Of a DNA stretch of 64,000 nt, positions 13,845-30,100 are shown piece after piece. Within the stretch, counting starts at the first letter, position 1. Every line of letters begins with the position of its first letter. Where the stretch lies: assembly GCF_009914755.1 (NCBI RefSeq), contig NC_060927.1. The stretch is one strand, 5' to 3'. The notes beneath the pieces were generated by a model that did no database searches, was not told the origin of the DNA, and saw only the letters and a list, made by a program, of their open reading frames with translations. This stretch comes from the human T2T-CHM13v2.0 reference genome, Homo sapiens. The translations under genes were made by a program, and so were the position numbers.

Positions 13845-14170
13845 CCTCCTAGTATTCAAACCCTTGTGAGGTGCCCTTCTGCATGGAATCATGGCTATCC
13901 TTTTGTGATCCCTAGAATACTGAGGAAGTGATAATGTGTGACTTTCAAGATGAGGCACAATGAGCATTGAAGGTTCTATCATGACTTCTTGGATCAGTCT
14001 CTCTGGGGTAGCCAGCCATATTGTAAAGACACTCAAGTAGCCCGTGGAGAGGCCTAGTGGAGAGAAACAGAGGCCCCTATCCAATAGCCAGCAAACCTTG
14101 ACACACATGTAAGCAAGCCACCTTGAAAGCGGAACTTCCATCTTCAACCTTGGTTTCAAATGGCTACAGC
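13845..14170 (+). mobile_element. MLT1 (MaLR) LTR fragment
   Basis: GCCAGCCATATTGTAAAGACACTCAAGTAGCCCGTGGAGAGGCCTAGTGGAGAGAAACAGAGGCCCC resembles MLT1. Confidence 0.7.
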
Positions 14171-14995
14171 AATAATTTCAGCAAAGGTCTAATCAAGTTT
14201 CCGGTACTTTGCACGCACTGGATAAATTAGAAATTCTGTTAATATTGTCATTGGACAATACTGGAGATTCAGCAGAAGGTCCTGGTACAGAGAGCCCTAT
14301 TCTGTGCCCACAAGGACAGTGTGTATATTATCTTTGCTTTCCCAGGGCCCAGTAGGAGTTCAATAAAATATGTTTTTTGAATGCCAATTATATGCCAAGC
14401 ACTGTTCTAGGCAGTGAATGAATGAATAAATGCCTAAAAAACTTTCCAACTATTCCATCACAGCAATGCATAGCACAATGAATAAAATCTTAGCATAGAA
14501 AAAAGGAAAAAATCAGGAACTTAGACAAATAATCTTTTAGACCAGGCCAAATTCCCTAAATTCCATTAGAGAGACTAACTCACCTAGTCTGGCTGAGAAC
14601 TTTGTTCTTTTTATTTATACCATTGAAATACTCAGAAGGAAGACACATCATAAGAAGAAGATTAGCAGAAAACTTAAATAATGAAATCTTTACATAGTTC
14701 TTGTATATTTCACCCAGCTTTTAAACTTTTATCTCTACAGGTTGATTTAAGTTGCATTGAATTTAAAAAAAACAAAGTTTATGGATCTCTCTCTCTCTTT
14801 CTATATACATATATTTTAATCATATTGAAATATGTATCTCTGGTTTTCTTAATTTAATCAGTCCATCTGGAGGCAAAAGAAAGTTGTTTCTTTAAACAAC
14901 TTAGAAGATATTTTTGGACACTATTTTGAAAGTGGATGGCTTTGAAATTATGCAAATATTTTTATTCTGACATGAAGATAATTTTTTTCTAGTTA

Positions 14996-16506
14996 TAGGT
15001 GGTCCTCACATTGCATATTTCTAATATGTAGGAAATTTATTTACTATGGTTTAGCTAAATAATACCATATCCCAATAACACAGTTCAAATTTTAAACACA
15101 GCATATTACCTGTGAGTACAGTAATTATATAAAGTACAAACTTCACTGCTAACTCTTCAGTCCACAAACATAAAACCCAATGCACATCGTGATAGATGAC
15201 TGACTACACCAATTCTTTCACAGTCTGTCAGTTATTCATCGAGCACCATCTGTATTCATTTCACACACAGACAGGAAAGCATGTAGTTGTGTTGCCTCCT
15301 TGTCTACAAGTGATAAAACCATAGGACATTTTACAAAAATTTATAATCAAAAGAGAGAATTGACTAACAAAGATTAAAATGCAGCAAAAATACAAAAAGT
15401 GAAGTAAAATTATATGCTAGATTTGAAAATGTTAGTGAAGATAGGACAAGACCTAGGCCTGAAAGATGATATGGTATGGTATGACCCATAATGAAAAAGT
15501 CCAGTGAATAGAAAAACAAAGTCGAGTTGCTCCAACATTTTTTAGTTTAAATTGCACAATGAATAGAAAGTCACTTATTGTTGAAATGGAGCATTTACTT
15601 ATATTTTGGGTTGAAGACTGAAATCAAAAAGAAATCCTAATCAGTGTGGCTAGCATTGAGGTCAAAACGATGAGGTGAAAGGAAACCATAATTATGAAAG
15701 AAAGAAACAGGAAAGAAAACTATAATTAAGAAGAATTAAGCAAGACCTTTTACTGCCAGAAAAGGCTACTTTCATTGTTTTGTAAATCTTCACAAATTTA
15801 TTAATGGTAAGCTATCTGGTGAACCTGTAGCTCAGATAAAGATACTGCTGTGAAATTTACACCCAGATTCCAAAGAGATATAGAAAAAAAATAGCTGACC
15901 ATGGAAATGTTGACACTACAGCCATTCAAGAGACTCTTAGATATTCAGCAAAAGAAACTTACTGAGGGCAAATTTATCAACATAAATGAGGTATGTGATT
16001 GGGATGAAAAGGGTGACAGTGTCCCAGAGGAATTGATGCCAACAAAAAAGGGCACGTTAAAATAACTATCAGAGATATTTTACAACATTGAAAGTGCACA
16101 GGATAAAATGTTAAAAGCTTATCCAAACTTAGAAAGGAGTATGAAAATTTTCCAAGGCATGGAAAAGATGCTCATTCCATATCATAAGTTATATAATAAG
16201 CAGAAGGCAAGCACTATTCAAACTATGCCTGAAAAATTATTTGCAAAGAACTAAAACACTTTAATTCTCAATGCTTCTAATGTTGTAAATTACAACATCC
16301 TAAGTGAATATTGGTGTTATTATTCTTTCATTTCCCTATACATTTATAACCAACAATGTCTTTAATGTTGTGACAAAAAGAAAGTTTTTATGTCATGTAA
16401 GTTTTCCCATTGATTATTAATATCACTTCTTACCATTTTATCTTGCACAATCATTTTTACTGTCCTGAACTACCAAAGTGAAGATTGGCAAAGTGAAGAT
16501 TGCCTG
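14996..16506 (+). mobile_element. Tigger (TcMar/pogo) DNA transposon, internally deleted; Tigger13a-like
   Basis: Imperfect TIRs TAGGTGGTCCTCACATTGC (14996) and GCAAAGTGAAGATTGCCTG (ends 16506), TA before the left end; degenerate transposase EMEHLLIFWVED*NQK near 15583 and FTARKGYF...KLSGEP near 15748. Confidence 0.8.
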
Positions 16507-16540
16507 CATTTGGTAAAGCAGTCATGATGAAAGAGAAAAG

Positions 16541-16830
16541 GGCTGGGCACAGTGGCTCACACCTGTAATCCCAGCACTCTGGAAGGCTGAGACGGGCAGA
16601 TCACCTTAAGTCAGGAGTTTGAGGCCAGCCTGGCCAACATGTTGAAAACCCGCCTCTACTAAAAAAACAAAAATTAGTCAGGCACAGTGGAGCACACCCG
16701 TAATCCCAGCTACTCAGGATACTGAAGCAGGAGAATTGCTTGAACCTGGAAGGCGGAGATGGCAGTGAGCCGAGATCGCACCACTGTACTCCAGCCTGGG
16801 CAACAGGGCAAAAAAAAAAAAAAAAAAAAA
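16541..16830 (+). mobile_element. AluS SINE (AluSx/Sq-like), 3' end slightly shortened, A/GAA tail
   Basis: GGCTGGGCACAGTGGCTCACACCTGTAATCCC...CCAGCCTGGCCAACAT...poly(A). Confidence 0.93.
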
Positions 16831-17419
16831 AGCAGAAGAAGAAGAAGAAAGAAAAAAGAACATATGTGTAATATATGACTGATGTGTTGTATTCCAGTGT
16901 CTAACAGTATAGTTAAAACAAATTTTAATCACCTTGACTAGCTAGATGTTTAAACTTAGAATTTTAGGATAAAATGGAAAAACTACTTCTGCCTTTTCCC
17001 AAATATGAGAGGAAATTTGCTTTTTTGATTTGTATACCCAAGAGTAGAAAAAGCTCTAGAATAAGTTTCAAGAAGCCTGAGTTCAAAACTGGGCTCCCTC
17101 ACAACCGAAGTCAAATCCTTCTTTCATTCTACAAACATTTACTGCCAGATGCCCTGTTTTGTGTTGAGGATACAGAACTGAATATGATGTGGAATTTGTC
17201 CTCAAAGAACTTGTATCCTATTAGGAGAGAAAAAACAGAAACAGCTACAGTACATTTCTCATCTATAAATCAGATCTAATAATGCCTATCTCCCAGGGTA
17301 CTGTGAGGATAAAATGAAACTGTATGGAAAACCATTTTGCTATCAAGTAGTATACCAGTACCAGCTAGTAATATTGTCATTGTGGCACCTGACAAAAATT
17401 AGACCAGCTTACTCTTATC

Positions 17420-17601
17420 CAGTGGTTCTCATAGTATAGTCTTCAAAACAGCAGCGTCAGCATCACCTGGAATCATGTCCAAAATGCATATTCCTGAGCC
17501 TCACCCCAATGTAGTGAATCAGAAACTGGAGGCTGGGCTCAGAAATCTGTGTCTTAAGCCCTCCATGTGATTCTGATGCAACTAAAGTTTGAAAGCCACT
17601 G
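17420..17601. mobile_element. MER5A hAT-Charlie MITE
   Basis: Termini CAGTGGTTCTCA / TTTGAAAGCCACTG; internal CAGCAGCGTCAGCATCACCTGG and GAATCAGAAACT. Confidence 0.8.
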
Positions 17602-18101
17602 CTGAGTCTTATCTATATAAGATAAAAACACAGGTACTGTGAATCCTAGTACATACAAAACACTCCCTCTCAATTATCAATGAGGAAATTAAAGCAGAAT
17701 ATAACCAAGTCTTCTAATTGGCCAGAAAAAAATAGCATCATAATGAATCAAAGGTTATAAAAATCCTCATGTTCTAATCTAGTCCATGGTCATCCTGCTT
17801 CAGAAGTCCTCCCACTAAGATGAAAATCAGAGTAGAGCCCCTGCCCATAATAATTTCACTGATGGTGTAGGCTATGTTTTGAGTCTGAGTTTAAAGTAAA
17901 CATTACAAATTACAGAAATCCAAGTAAGCTTTTTGTTAAAAAAAAAAAAAAGTAAAAGACTATATTATTTCAACTAGATGATCATGACTAACTCAATTTG
18001 AAAATTCATCTTAGAGAATTTCATGTACTCTTCCATGGCACCTTCAGGTAAATACCCTCAATGTTAATAAAGCTTTATTGTTTGAGAAAGAAAGTTATTT
18101 C

Positions 18102-18578
18102 TTACACTTTCAAGAACAATTTGGGGGAGGTAGATTCAAGATGGCCGAATAGGAACAGCTCCAGTCTACTGCTCCCAGTGTGAGTGACGCAGAAGACAGG
18201 TGATTTCTGCATTTCCAGCTGAGGTACCAGGTTCATCTCACTGGGGAGTGCCAGATAGTGGGTGCAGGACAGTGGGTGCAGCACACCGTGCATGAGCTGA
18301 AGCAGGGCAAGGCATCGCCTCACCCGGGAAGCGCAAGGGGTCAGGGAATTCCCTTTCCTAGTCAAAGAAAGGGGTGACAGATGGCACCTGGAAAATAGGG
18401 TCACTCCCATCCTAATACTGAGCTTTTCCAATGGGCTTATCAAACGGCACACCAGGAGATTATATCCCACACCTGGCTCGGAGGGTCCTATGCCCACAGA
18501 GCCTCACTCATTGCTAGCACAGCAGTCTGAGATCAAACCGCAAGGTGGCAGTGAGGCTGGGGGAGGGGCGCCTGCCAT
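18102..18578 (-). pseudogene. L1 ORF0 homologue, interrupted
   Basis: ATG at 18578 reads MAGAPPPASLPPCGLISDCCASNE, then TGA at 18506-18504; same frame resumes with ORF0-like VGIGPSEPGVGY... Confidence 0.75.
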
Positions 18579-19171
18579 TACTCAGGCTCGAATAGGTAAA
18601 CAAAGTGGCCAGGAAGCTTGAACTGGGTGGAGCCCACCACAGCTCAAGGAGGCCTGCCTGCCCCTATAGGCTCCACCTCTGGGGGCAGGGCACAGAAAAA
18701 CAAAAGACAGCAATAACTTCTGCAGAATTAAATGTCCCTATCTGACAGCTTTGAAGAGAGTAGTGGTTCTCCCAGCACGCAGCATGAGATCTGAGAACGG
18801 GCAGACTGCCTCCTCAAGTGGGTCCCTGACCACCGAGTAGCCTAACTGGGAGGCACCCCCCAGTAGGGGCAGACTGACACCTCACACGGTCGGGTACTCC
18901 TCTGAGACAAAACACTCCTCTGAGACAAAACGTCCAGAGGAACCATCAGGCAGGAGAATTTGCGATTCACCAATATCTGCTGTTCTGCAGCCACCGCTGC
19001 TGATACCCAGGCAAACAGGGTCTGGAGTGGACCTCCAGTAAACTCCAGCAGACCTTCAGCTGAGGGTCCTGACTGTTAAAAGGAAAACTAACAAACAGAA
19101 AGGACATCCACACCAAAAACCCATCTGTACATCACCATCATCAAAGACCAAAGGTAGATAAAACCACAAAG
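18123..19171 (+). promoter_or_regulatory. L1 5'UTR: internal sense promoter (YY1 site) and antisense promoter region
   Basis: YY1 motif CAAGATGGC at 18137-18145; complete 5'UTR with many CpGs decayed; current activity unknown. Confidence 0.7.
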
Positions 19172-20188
19172 ATGGGGAAAAAACAGAGCAGAAAAACCAG
19201 AAACTCTAAAACTCAGAGCGCCTCTCCTCCTCCAAAGGAACGCAGCTCCTCACCATCAATGGAACAAAGCTGGATGGAGAATGACTTTGACGAGTTGAGA
19301 GAGGAAGGCTTCAGAAGATCAAACTACTCCAAGCTAAAGGAGGAAGTTTGAACCAATGGCAAAGAAGTTAAAAACTTTGAAAAAAAATTAGACAAATGGA
19401 TAACTAGAATAACCAATGCAGAGAAGTCCTTAAAGGACCTGATGGAGCTGAAAACCATGGCACGAGAACTACATGGCAAATGCACAAGCCTCAGTAACCG
19501 ATGCGATCAACTGGAAGAAAGGGTAACAGCAATGGAAGATGAAATGAATGAAATGAAGCGTGAAGAGAAGTTTAGAGAAAAAAGAATAAAAAGAAATGAA
19601 CAAAGCCTCCAAGAAATATGGGACTATGTGAAAAGACCAAATCTACGTCTAATTGGTGTACCTGAAAGTGATGGGGAGAATGGAACCAAGTTGGAAAACA
19701 CTCTGCAGGATATTATCCAGGAGAACTTCCCCAACCTAGCAAGGCAGGCAAACATTCAAATTCAGGAAATACAGAGAACACCACAAAGATACTCCTTGAG
19801 AAGAGCAACTCCAAGACACATAATTGTCAGATTCACCAAAGTTGAAATGAAGGAAAAAATGTTAAGGGCAGCCAGAGAGAAAGGTCAGGTTACCCACAAA
19901 GGGAAGCCCATCAGACTAGCTGTTGATCTCTTGGCAGAAACTCTACAAGCCAGAAGAGAATGGGGGCCAATACTCAACATTCTTAAAGAAAAGAATTTTC
20001 AACCCAGAATTTCATATCCACCCAAACTAAGCTTCATAAGAGAATGAGAAATAAAATACTTCACAGACAAGCAAATGCTGAGAGATTTTGTCACCACCAG
20101 GCCTGCCCTGAAAGAGCTCCTGAAGGAAGCACTAAACATGGAAAGGAACAACCGGTACCAGCCACTGCAAAAACATGCCAAATTGTAA
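19172..20188 (+). pseudogene. L1 ORF1p (RNA-binding chaperone), disrupted
   Basis: ATGGGGAAAAAACAG start, 1017 nt to TAA; in-frame TGA at 19349-19351 and 20045-20047; ORF track fragment contains LQEIWDYVKRPNLRLIGVPE. Confidence 0.95.
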
Positions 20189-20251
20189 AGACCATCAAGG
20201 CTAAGAAGAAACTGCATCAACTATTGAGCAAAATAACCAGATAACATCATA

Positions 20252-24081
<3,830 letters not shown>

Positions 24082-24346
24082 ACAATGAGAACACATGGAC
24101 ACAGGAAGGGGAACATCACACACCGCGGCCTGTTGTGGGGTGGGGGGAGGGGGGAGTGGTAGCATTAGGAGATATACCTAATGCTAAATGATGAGTTAAT
24201 GGGTGCAGCACACCAACATGGCACATGTATACATATGTAACAAACCTGCACGTTGTGCACATGTACCCTAAAACTTAAAGTATAATAATAATTAAAAAAA
24301 AGAACGATTTGGGATAATGCAACAAGTTAATTGCCATATTTTGAAA

Positions 24347-24482
24347 ATTTTTTTATTTTTTATTTTTAAGTTCTGGGATACATGTGCTGAACATGCAGGT
24401 TTGTTAAATAGGTATACACGTGCCATGGTGTTTTGCTTCACCTATCAACCTGTCATCTAGGTTTTAAGCCCTGCATGCATTA
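24347..24482 (-). mobile_element. Short 3' fragment of an older L1PA (about PA8-PA10)
   Basis: T-rich tail, then AAGTTCTGGGATACATGTGCTGAACATGCAGGTTTGTT...CTAGGTTTTAAGCCCTGCATGCATTA. Confidence 0.85.
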
Positions 24483-24709
24483 TCAATTCCATTGGTTTCA
24501 TAAATCAATATTTTCCTAGACAAAATATTGAAAATTAACAAAGCTATCTTCATTTTCACATGCATCCACTGATTATCACCTAGGGAATAATGTAGTGTAG
24601 CTCAACTGTTTATGACAAAGCCACCCAGAAACAACACAGGGCTTAGAATATAATAAGCACTCAAAAACATTTTTGAGTGAATGGATCTTCAGTGTTGACA
24701 CATGAATAA

Positions 24710-24905
24710 TAACGGTTCCCATTTTTTTAGTAACTACCATACATCATAACCAATACTCACAAAATCTCTGTGAAATACACACTAATGTTTCCATTATACA
24801 GATGAGAAAGCAGAGGCTCACATAGGCCTTTTTTAAAGTCAATGTTATTCATTTAGTGAATGGCAAGTTAAAAATTTGAACAGCGGTCCCTCTGACTCAC
24901 AAGTC
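24710..24905 (-). mobile_element. MIR SINE remnant
   Basis: CCATTATACAGATGAGAAAGCAGAGGCTCA resembles the reversed MIR core. Confidence 0.65.
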
Positions 24906-26982
24906 CTTTCATTGATGAGGATACACTGAAGGACCAGCCACTGTGACTTTCTTTATCCATGAAAGACAGCACATTATGTGTGCCAGGGTAAATTATCTCA
25001 CAAGCCAAAATAAAGAAATCCACGTTGGTCTTAGAGAATGTCTGTTGTTGGTTTAAATGACTGTATGAGAATCTGGCAGCTTCCTTTGCTTTCTGAGCTA
25101 CTTATCATTGCAATTTCAGTTGAAGTATTCATTTCCCTGTTAATAGAATTTACCCCTGTTATTGATGAATTTATTTAGAATAGTAGGATTCCTGGAGTAC
25201 ATGAAGGCTTTTTGCCACTAAAAATTACCTGGCCCAGGACCACAAATTGGTTCCTTTATTTTATTTTTAACAGAAGCACAGGTGCTAATTAGGTGCTCTT
25301 TCAAGCTGCCAGAATAAGATTCTGAGGTCCCCAACTGCTGTCAGTCTCATCATCATTAGCCCTGAAGTGGTCCTCTATGAGGAACTTTCCACACTTGACA
25401 TGTCCCTGCTCTTTGCAAATTATTTTAAATGACTTCTTAATTAGAAGTACTATGTTGCCCATTGCTAATGGAGCAGGCCTGAAGCTGCAGAGTGGTCAGG
25501 AAATAGCGATAGTTCTGATTCCCCTCTTTTTCCTCTGAGGACCTCTGTTTTTCACTGAAGTAATTGTGTCTACGCTTTAGACAGTGCTGTGTATTTTCCC
25601 AAAAAGAAACGTGAAGTCTTTATCTCTGGGTTGCAGATTTTTGTAGGCATCATAAAAGCCAGATCTAGTTAAACTTATTTTAATTTTTTTCCCTTCACCA
25701 GTGACTTTTGAAAGACATGGAGAGGAGATTATTTCTTTCAGGAAAAATTATGTGTGTAGTCTGTGTCTCTAACCCAGGTAATGATTCCTATATGTTTTAC
25801 AAAGATATTGAGCAGTCTGCCAAAGGAAGTGTCCTCTTATTAGGAAGACCTGTCGGCAAGAGCTCAGTGAGGCGGCACAGTCAAATTCAAAGAAATCCAT
25901 TTTGCCCATACCGGTTAGGAAAACATATAATACTACCTCCTTTTACAAAGAATTTGTTTTGCTTTTTTATTCTCATTATTATTCAAAATTTTGCTTAATA
26001 ATTCTTAAGTAAATAAAAAGAGAAAAATCATTCTTCGATTTTATTTTATTTTAAAAATATGTTGTGGGCTACCTAACCATTTGACAGGGAAAACCATAAC
26101 AGATGGTGATACACATTGTCATTTGGAAATTGGTAGGTAAACTCCTGAAAGCTCTCCAGCAGCCCCTCCTTGTAACCCTGGACCAAAGTCTATTCAGACC
26201 TAAGAGGATTCATCAGCCTTAATTTGTAAGTGAGGAAAGACGCTTCCAGGATTAAGCCGTGCTAAATTCCTGCCTCCTCTTCCCACAGTTGCTATGCCCA
26301 TGTCTTAGTTGATGTCTGCCTGCCACAACTAGCCTGCACATCCCGTTGAGGTCAGAGAAAACTTTACTCATCTTTGTTTTACCTCTTCTTTTCATGTAAC
26401 CCAACCCCACCACATCAGTGTGCTTAGTTCATGGCAAACGAATAGTTAATAAATGCTTGAAGAATGACCCGAAAATTTAAAGGTACCTGGTACGAAAAAT
26501 TGATTGCTGAGTCAAATGTGCCTCACCTGTTGCTTTCAACAACGATACTAACATTTATTCAGCATTGCTACATCCTAGGCACTCTGCTAACTACCTTGTA
26601 TGCATTATCATATATATTCATCATATTAAGACTATGAAAAATGTATTATGCCACCCCATCTTAGAAGAAACAGAGGCTTCCAAGGGAAGATGGCTTGCCT
26701 CACATCACATACTAAGAAGTGAGCGAGCCAGGCTTCTAGAAGGAATCACCAGAGCACTCACCGTTAACCAGAACTGGAGGTTACAACATAGCCCTTCAGG
26801 CCATATCCTCTGCCTAGAGCTAAACTTCATCCGAAAGCACATCCAGCTGAAATGCAGTCAATTATTAACTAAGCTTAAAATCTGCTGAGCTTCAGGAAAG
26901 TTGCAGAAAAACATTAGCTCTTACCAACTGGTAGCTTGTGAGTGCTTGTACTGTACCACCCATAGCCACATAGCTTTCAAGG

Positions 26983-27178
26983 CAGTGGTACCTAAAGGGT
27001 GGTCCCAGGATCCACTGTATCAGACCCATCGGAGCACTTGCTAAATAGAAAGATTACTAAACCTCACACCAGACTTTCTGAATCAAAAATCTCTGTAGTG
27101 AGTCCCAGGAGTGTGTAATTTTTAATAAGTTCCCCAGAGAATAGATTCTTGGGCACACTAAAGTTTCAGAACTATTGT
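26983..27178. mobile_element. MER5-family MITE
   Basis: CAGTGGTACCTAAAGGGTGGTCCC...TGAATCAAAAATCTCTG...CACACTAAAGTTTCAGAACTATTG. Confidence 0.7.
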
Positions 27179-30100
27179 TTCAGGGACTCAAGGCTGAGGT
27201 TTCTCTGGTACACAAAGTCAGTCTGTCTCTTTCTTTTAAATGCAGATAGTAAGATATGCATCACATCCCCAATGCAGCTTTCACCATCCATACTTTGAGA
27301 AAAAGAATGTGGCTATGACGTTTATCTGCAAGCCCCTTAATTTATAGATAAACAAACATTGAGATAAATTAAGTGATTTCCCCAAAATGAGATTTTAAGA
27401 CAAGTTTCCTAATTTTCAATCTTGGCTTTTTCACAAGCTTAATTAGAATCATTAGAAGTAAGTAGTGTACCGCTGTTAGATCACACTTTGCAAAGTGTCT
27501 GGAGAAATGTCTAATAGACTGATCAGATAGGACAGGTCCTGGGAAATAAAGGGAAGAAATCATTGAGCTAAATTTAAAGCGATATGCAATCACTCTAGGA
27601 GATTTTCCACTCTCTACCCATAAATTTACTAAAACAATAAAAGGTAGAATTATGTCATCTTTTATTGCAAAGCCCTATATTTATGATTTTATGGCACAAT
27701 ATGGAGACAGCACATGTTATTTCAGGGCTTCTTCTGTTTTAATAACAGCATATAAAAATTATTGCTGATATTTTGATTTTGGTTTAGTTTTTATTTTTAG
27801 GGAAGACGCCACTGCAAGTTACTCTTACCGTGTGCTACTGCTCAGGTCACACTTTCTTCTTCACCTTTGGTGATGAAATATTAACTTTTACCTTTCTAAA
27901 TTCCTTAAAATCTTTGTATTTACAATATAGAAAAAATCTGAAAGTAGCTAACTGCAAAGTAAGAAACTTCAAACCACAATCTCTTTCTCTCATTTCACAG
28001 AGTATGAAAGCAAGTTACATTCACTGAAGAGTTGTCCTTTCTCTGACAAGTTCAGAACAAAGCCAACAAATCGAATCTTCAGAAAAAACAAATACATTTT
28101 AAAATATCCAGATATAGTTACTTAGATGTGCAAAAATTAAACTACCTAATTCTGAAATATTATTCTCATTCTTAGTCTGTGACTTGAGTTTATAGTCAGC
28201 CTTATTTATTGGGTAAACTGAAGGAGAAGGCCAATGTTTCTAGTTACCCTGAGATCTTTAGTCTATGCATACACAATGACAAATTTTCATCATGAAAATC
28301 TTACTGGAAGTGACCATTCCAAAAACCCATCTGTTGCCTAGGATGCCTCCTTATCAGCCAAGGTCGGATATTCAAGCTTGTCCTATGGAAAAGCAGAGAG
28401 CAGAAAATGGACTGCTATCTCAAAGGTGGATATGTGAAGTTACCAGCAAATCATTGGGTAGTTTCACGGCATCAGGCACCTTGACTAGGAAAACAAGAAA
28501 ATGACCAGTTAGATTCTTTGAGTTTGAAGAGATTAAGGACCCTCCCTAAAAGCTGAATTTCAGCCAACTGACAACCCTACAGCTAGGGTATAACCTATTA
28601 TATTCTGTACCATGGAAGTTACAGAGATGAAACAAAAAATACTTTCTTATTGAATCCCTGTTTTAAAAGATGTGAGGGTGTAGAAAAGGGTGAATAGAGA
28701 ACATAGAAAGCTAGTGATGTGGTCCAAGTCTACAACCAAAAATTGAAGTCTTACTGCTTGAGGCTTTTAGTCTGATAGCAAATTAAGCTTAGAGAGTCTT
28801 GAGATATCATGCCAAAGAAGATCAAAATGATCTTAAGCAAAGCCAAAGTTTATGTAAGTGTTCAACTTGCAAAAATACTAGCAATAAAATGTTAGTGTCA
28901 GTACCAGTCTCTGAGAAGCCAAAGTATTAGCAAATTACTCCTTAGAGAGTTTAAAATAGAATTTGGTCAGTTCTATCAATCTGGCTAAGTTTGACTTCTG
29001 GAGAGGTCAAAATAAATAGACTCAAGGGAAAAGGGCAAATTTCCCTTTCTGTACTCTATCACAAGGGAAAAATCTTGTATTAACCACATGACCACACAGA
29101 CTATGGCCTTCCAGTGAAAAGAATCAGTCAACCAAGCATCTAACTGTGTATGTCTGCCCCTGTGTCTTTGTCTACATGTCGCTATCTGAATGTACATCTA
29201 CATCTCCTGATCATAGGCAAGCTTTCTAAGAGGAGATAGGATGACAAAATAGAATTCTTAAACCAAGCACCAAATGGAGCAATGATGAAGAATGCAGAGA
29301 TAAGTTACCACAACAAGAAATAGCAGGACATTAGGGGCTCTGGACATGGTAAAAGATGCTGACAGAAGGAAAGAACAAAAAAAAGGAAAACTTTAGCATG
29401 GATATTCTAGCCTCCCAGAATTAAAATTCTCAAAAGTTCTCATATGAAAAAAAGTTGGACCTCACATAGAAAACCAAAAATCTAGCTATGTAAAGCATTC
29501 AGCTACTAGACTGGATATTGTTTCCGTTTCTATTGACATAGACATGGGATGACTCTGAATTTGCTACCTGTACATCCATCCCAGAAAGACACATTTGTAT
29601 AGGCAAAACACCCATTCCTAAAATGGCAAACACTAAACTTATAGTGAAACATGACACTTTCTTTTAATATAATCAACATATTTCATAATAACATGACTGA
29701 TTTCCTTACCCGCAAAAATGATAATTATTACTCCTCCCTCCTCTCTCATTGGATGCTTTACATATGAAATTTTATCTCATACAGGAAAGCACTTTATAAA
29801 GCATAAAGTACTGTATGTGTAGAAAGTATCGTTATTAGTACTGATGAACATTGACACAAGACATCCAGGCACAACCAGACAATAGAAGTATATAATCATG
29901 CAGAGCTGATAGTAGGAGTTGGAAGAGTTAGTCCTGTGTCCTACTTCAGTTTTCGTTTTTGCTTACTATGCCTGCACAATCCACAGTCTATTCAACCATT
30001 CCTTTTAGGGGCCAGCTTTGCACTAAGCTGATCATATGTCACAATAAATTCAAAATTTCTTTTTAATCAGTGTGCTCACAAAGCATGGGCATTTCAAGAA

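Noticed and set aside
27829-27864. Minus-strand 36-nt micro-exon ending ACG|GTAAGA
   Set aside because: Weak polypyrimidine tract and stops in all three frames; unsupported as coding.
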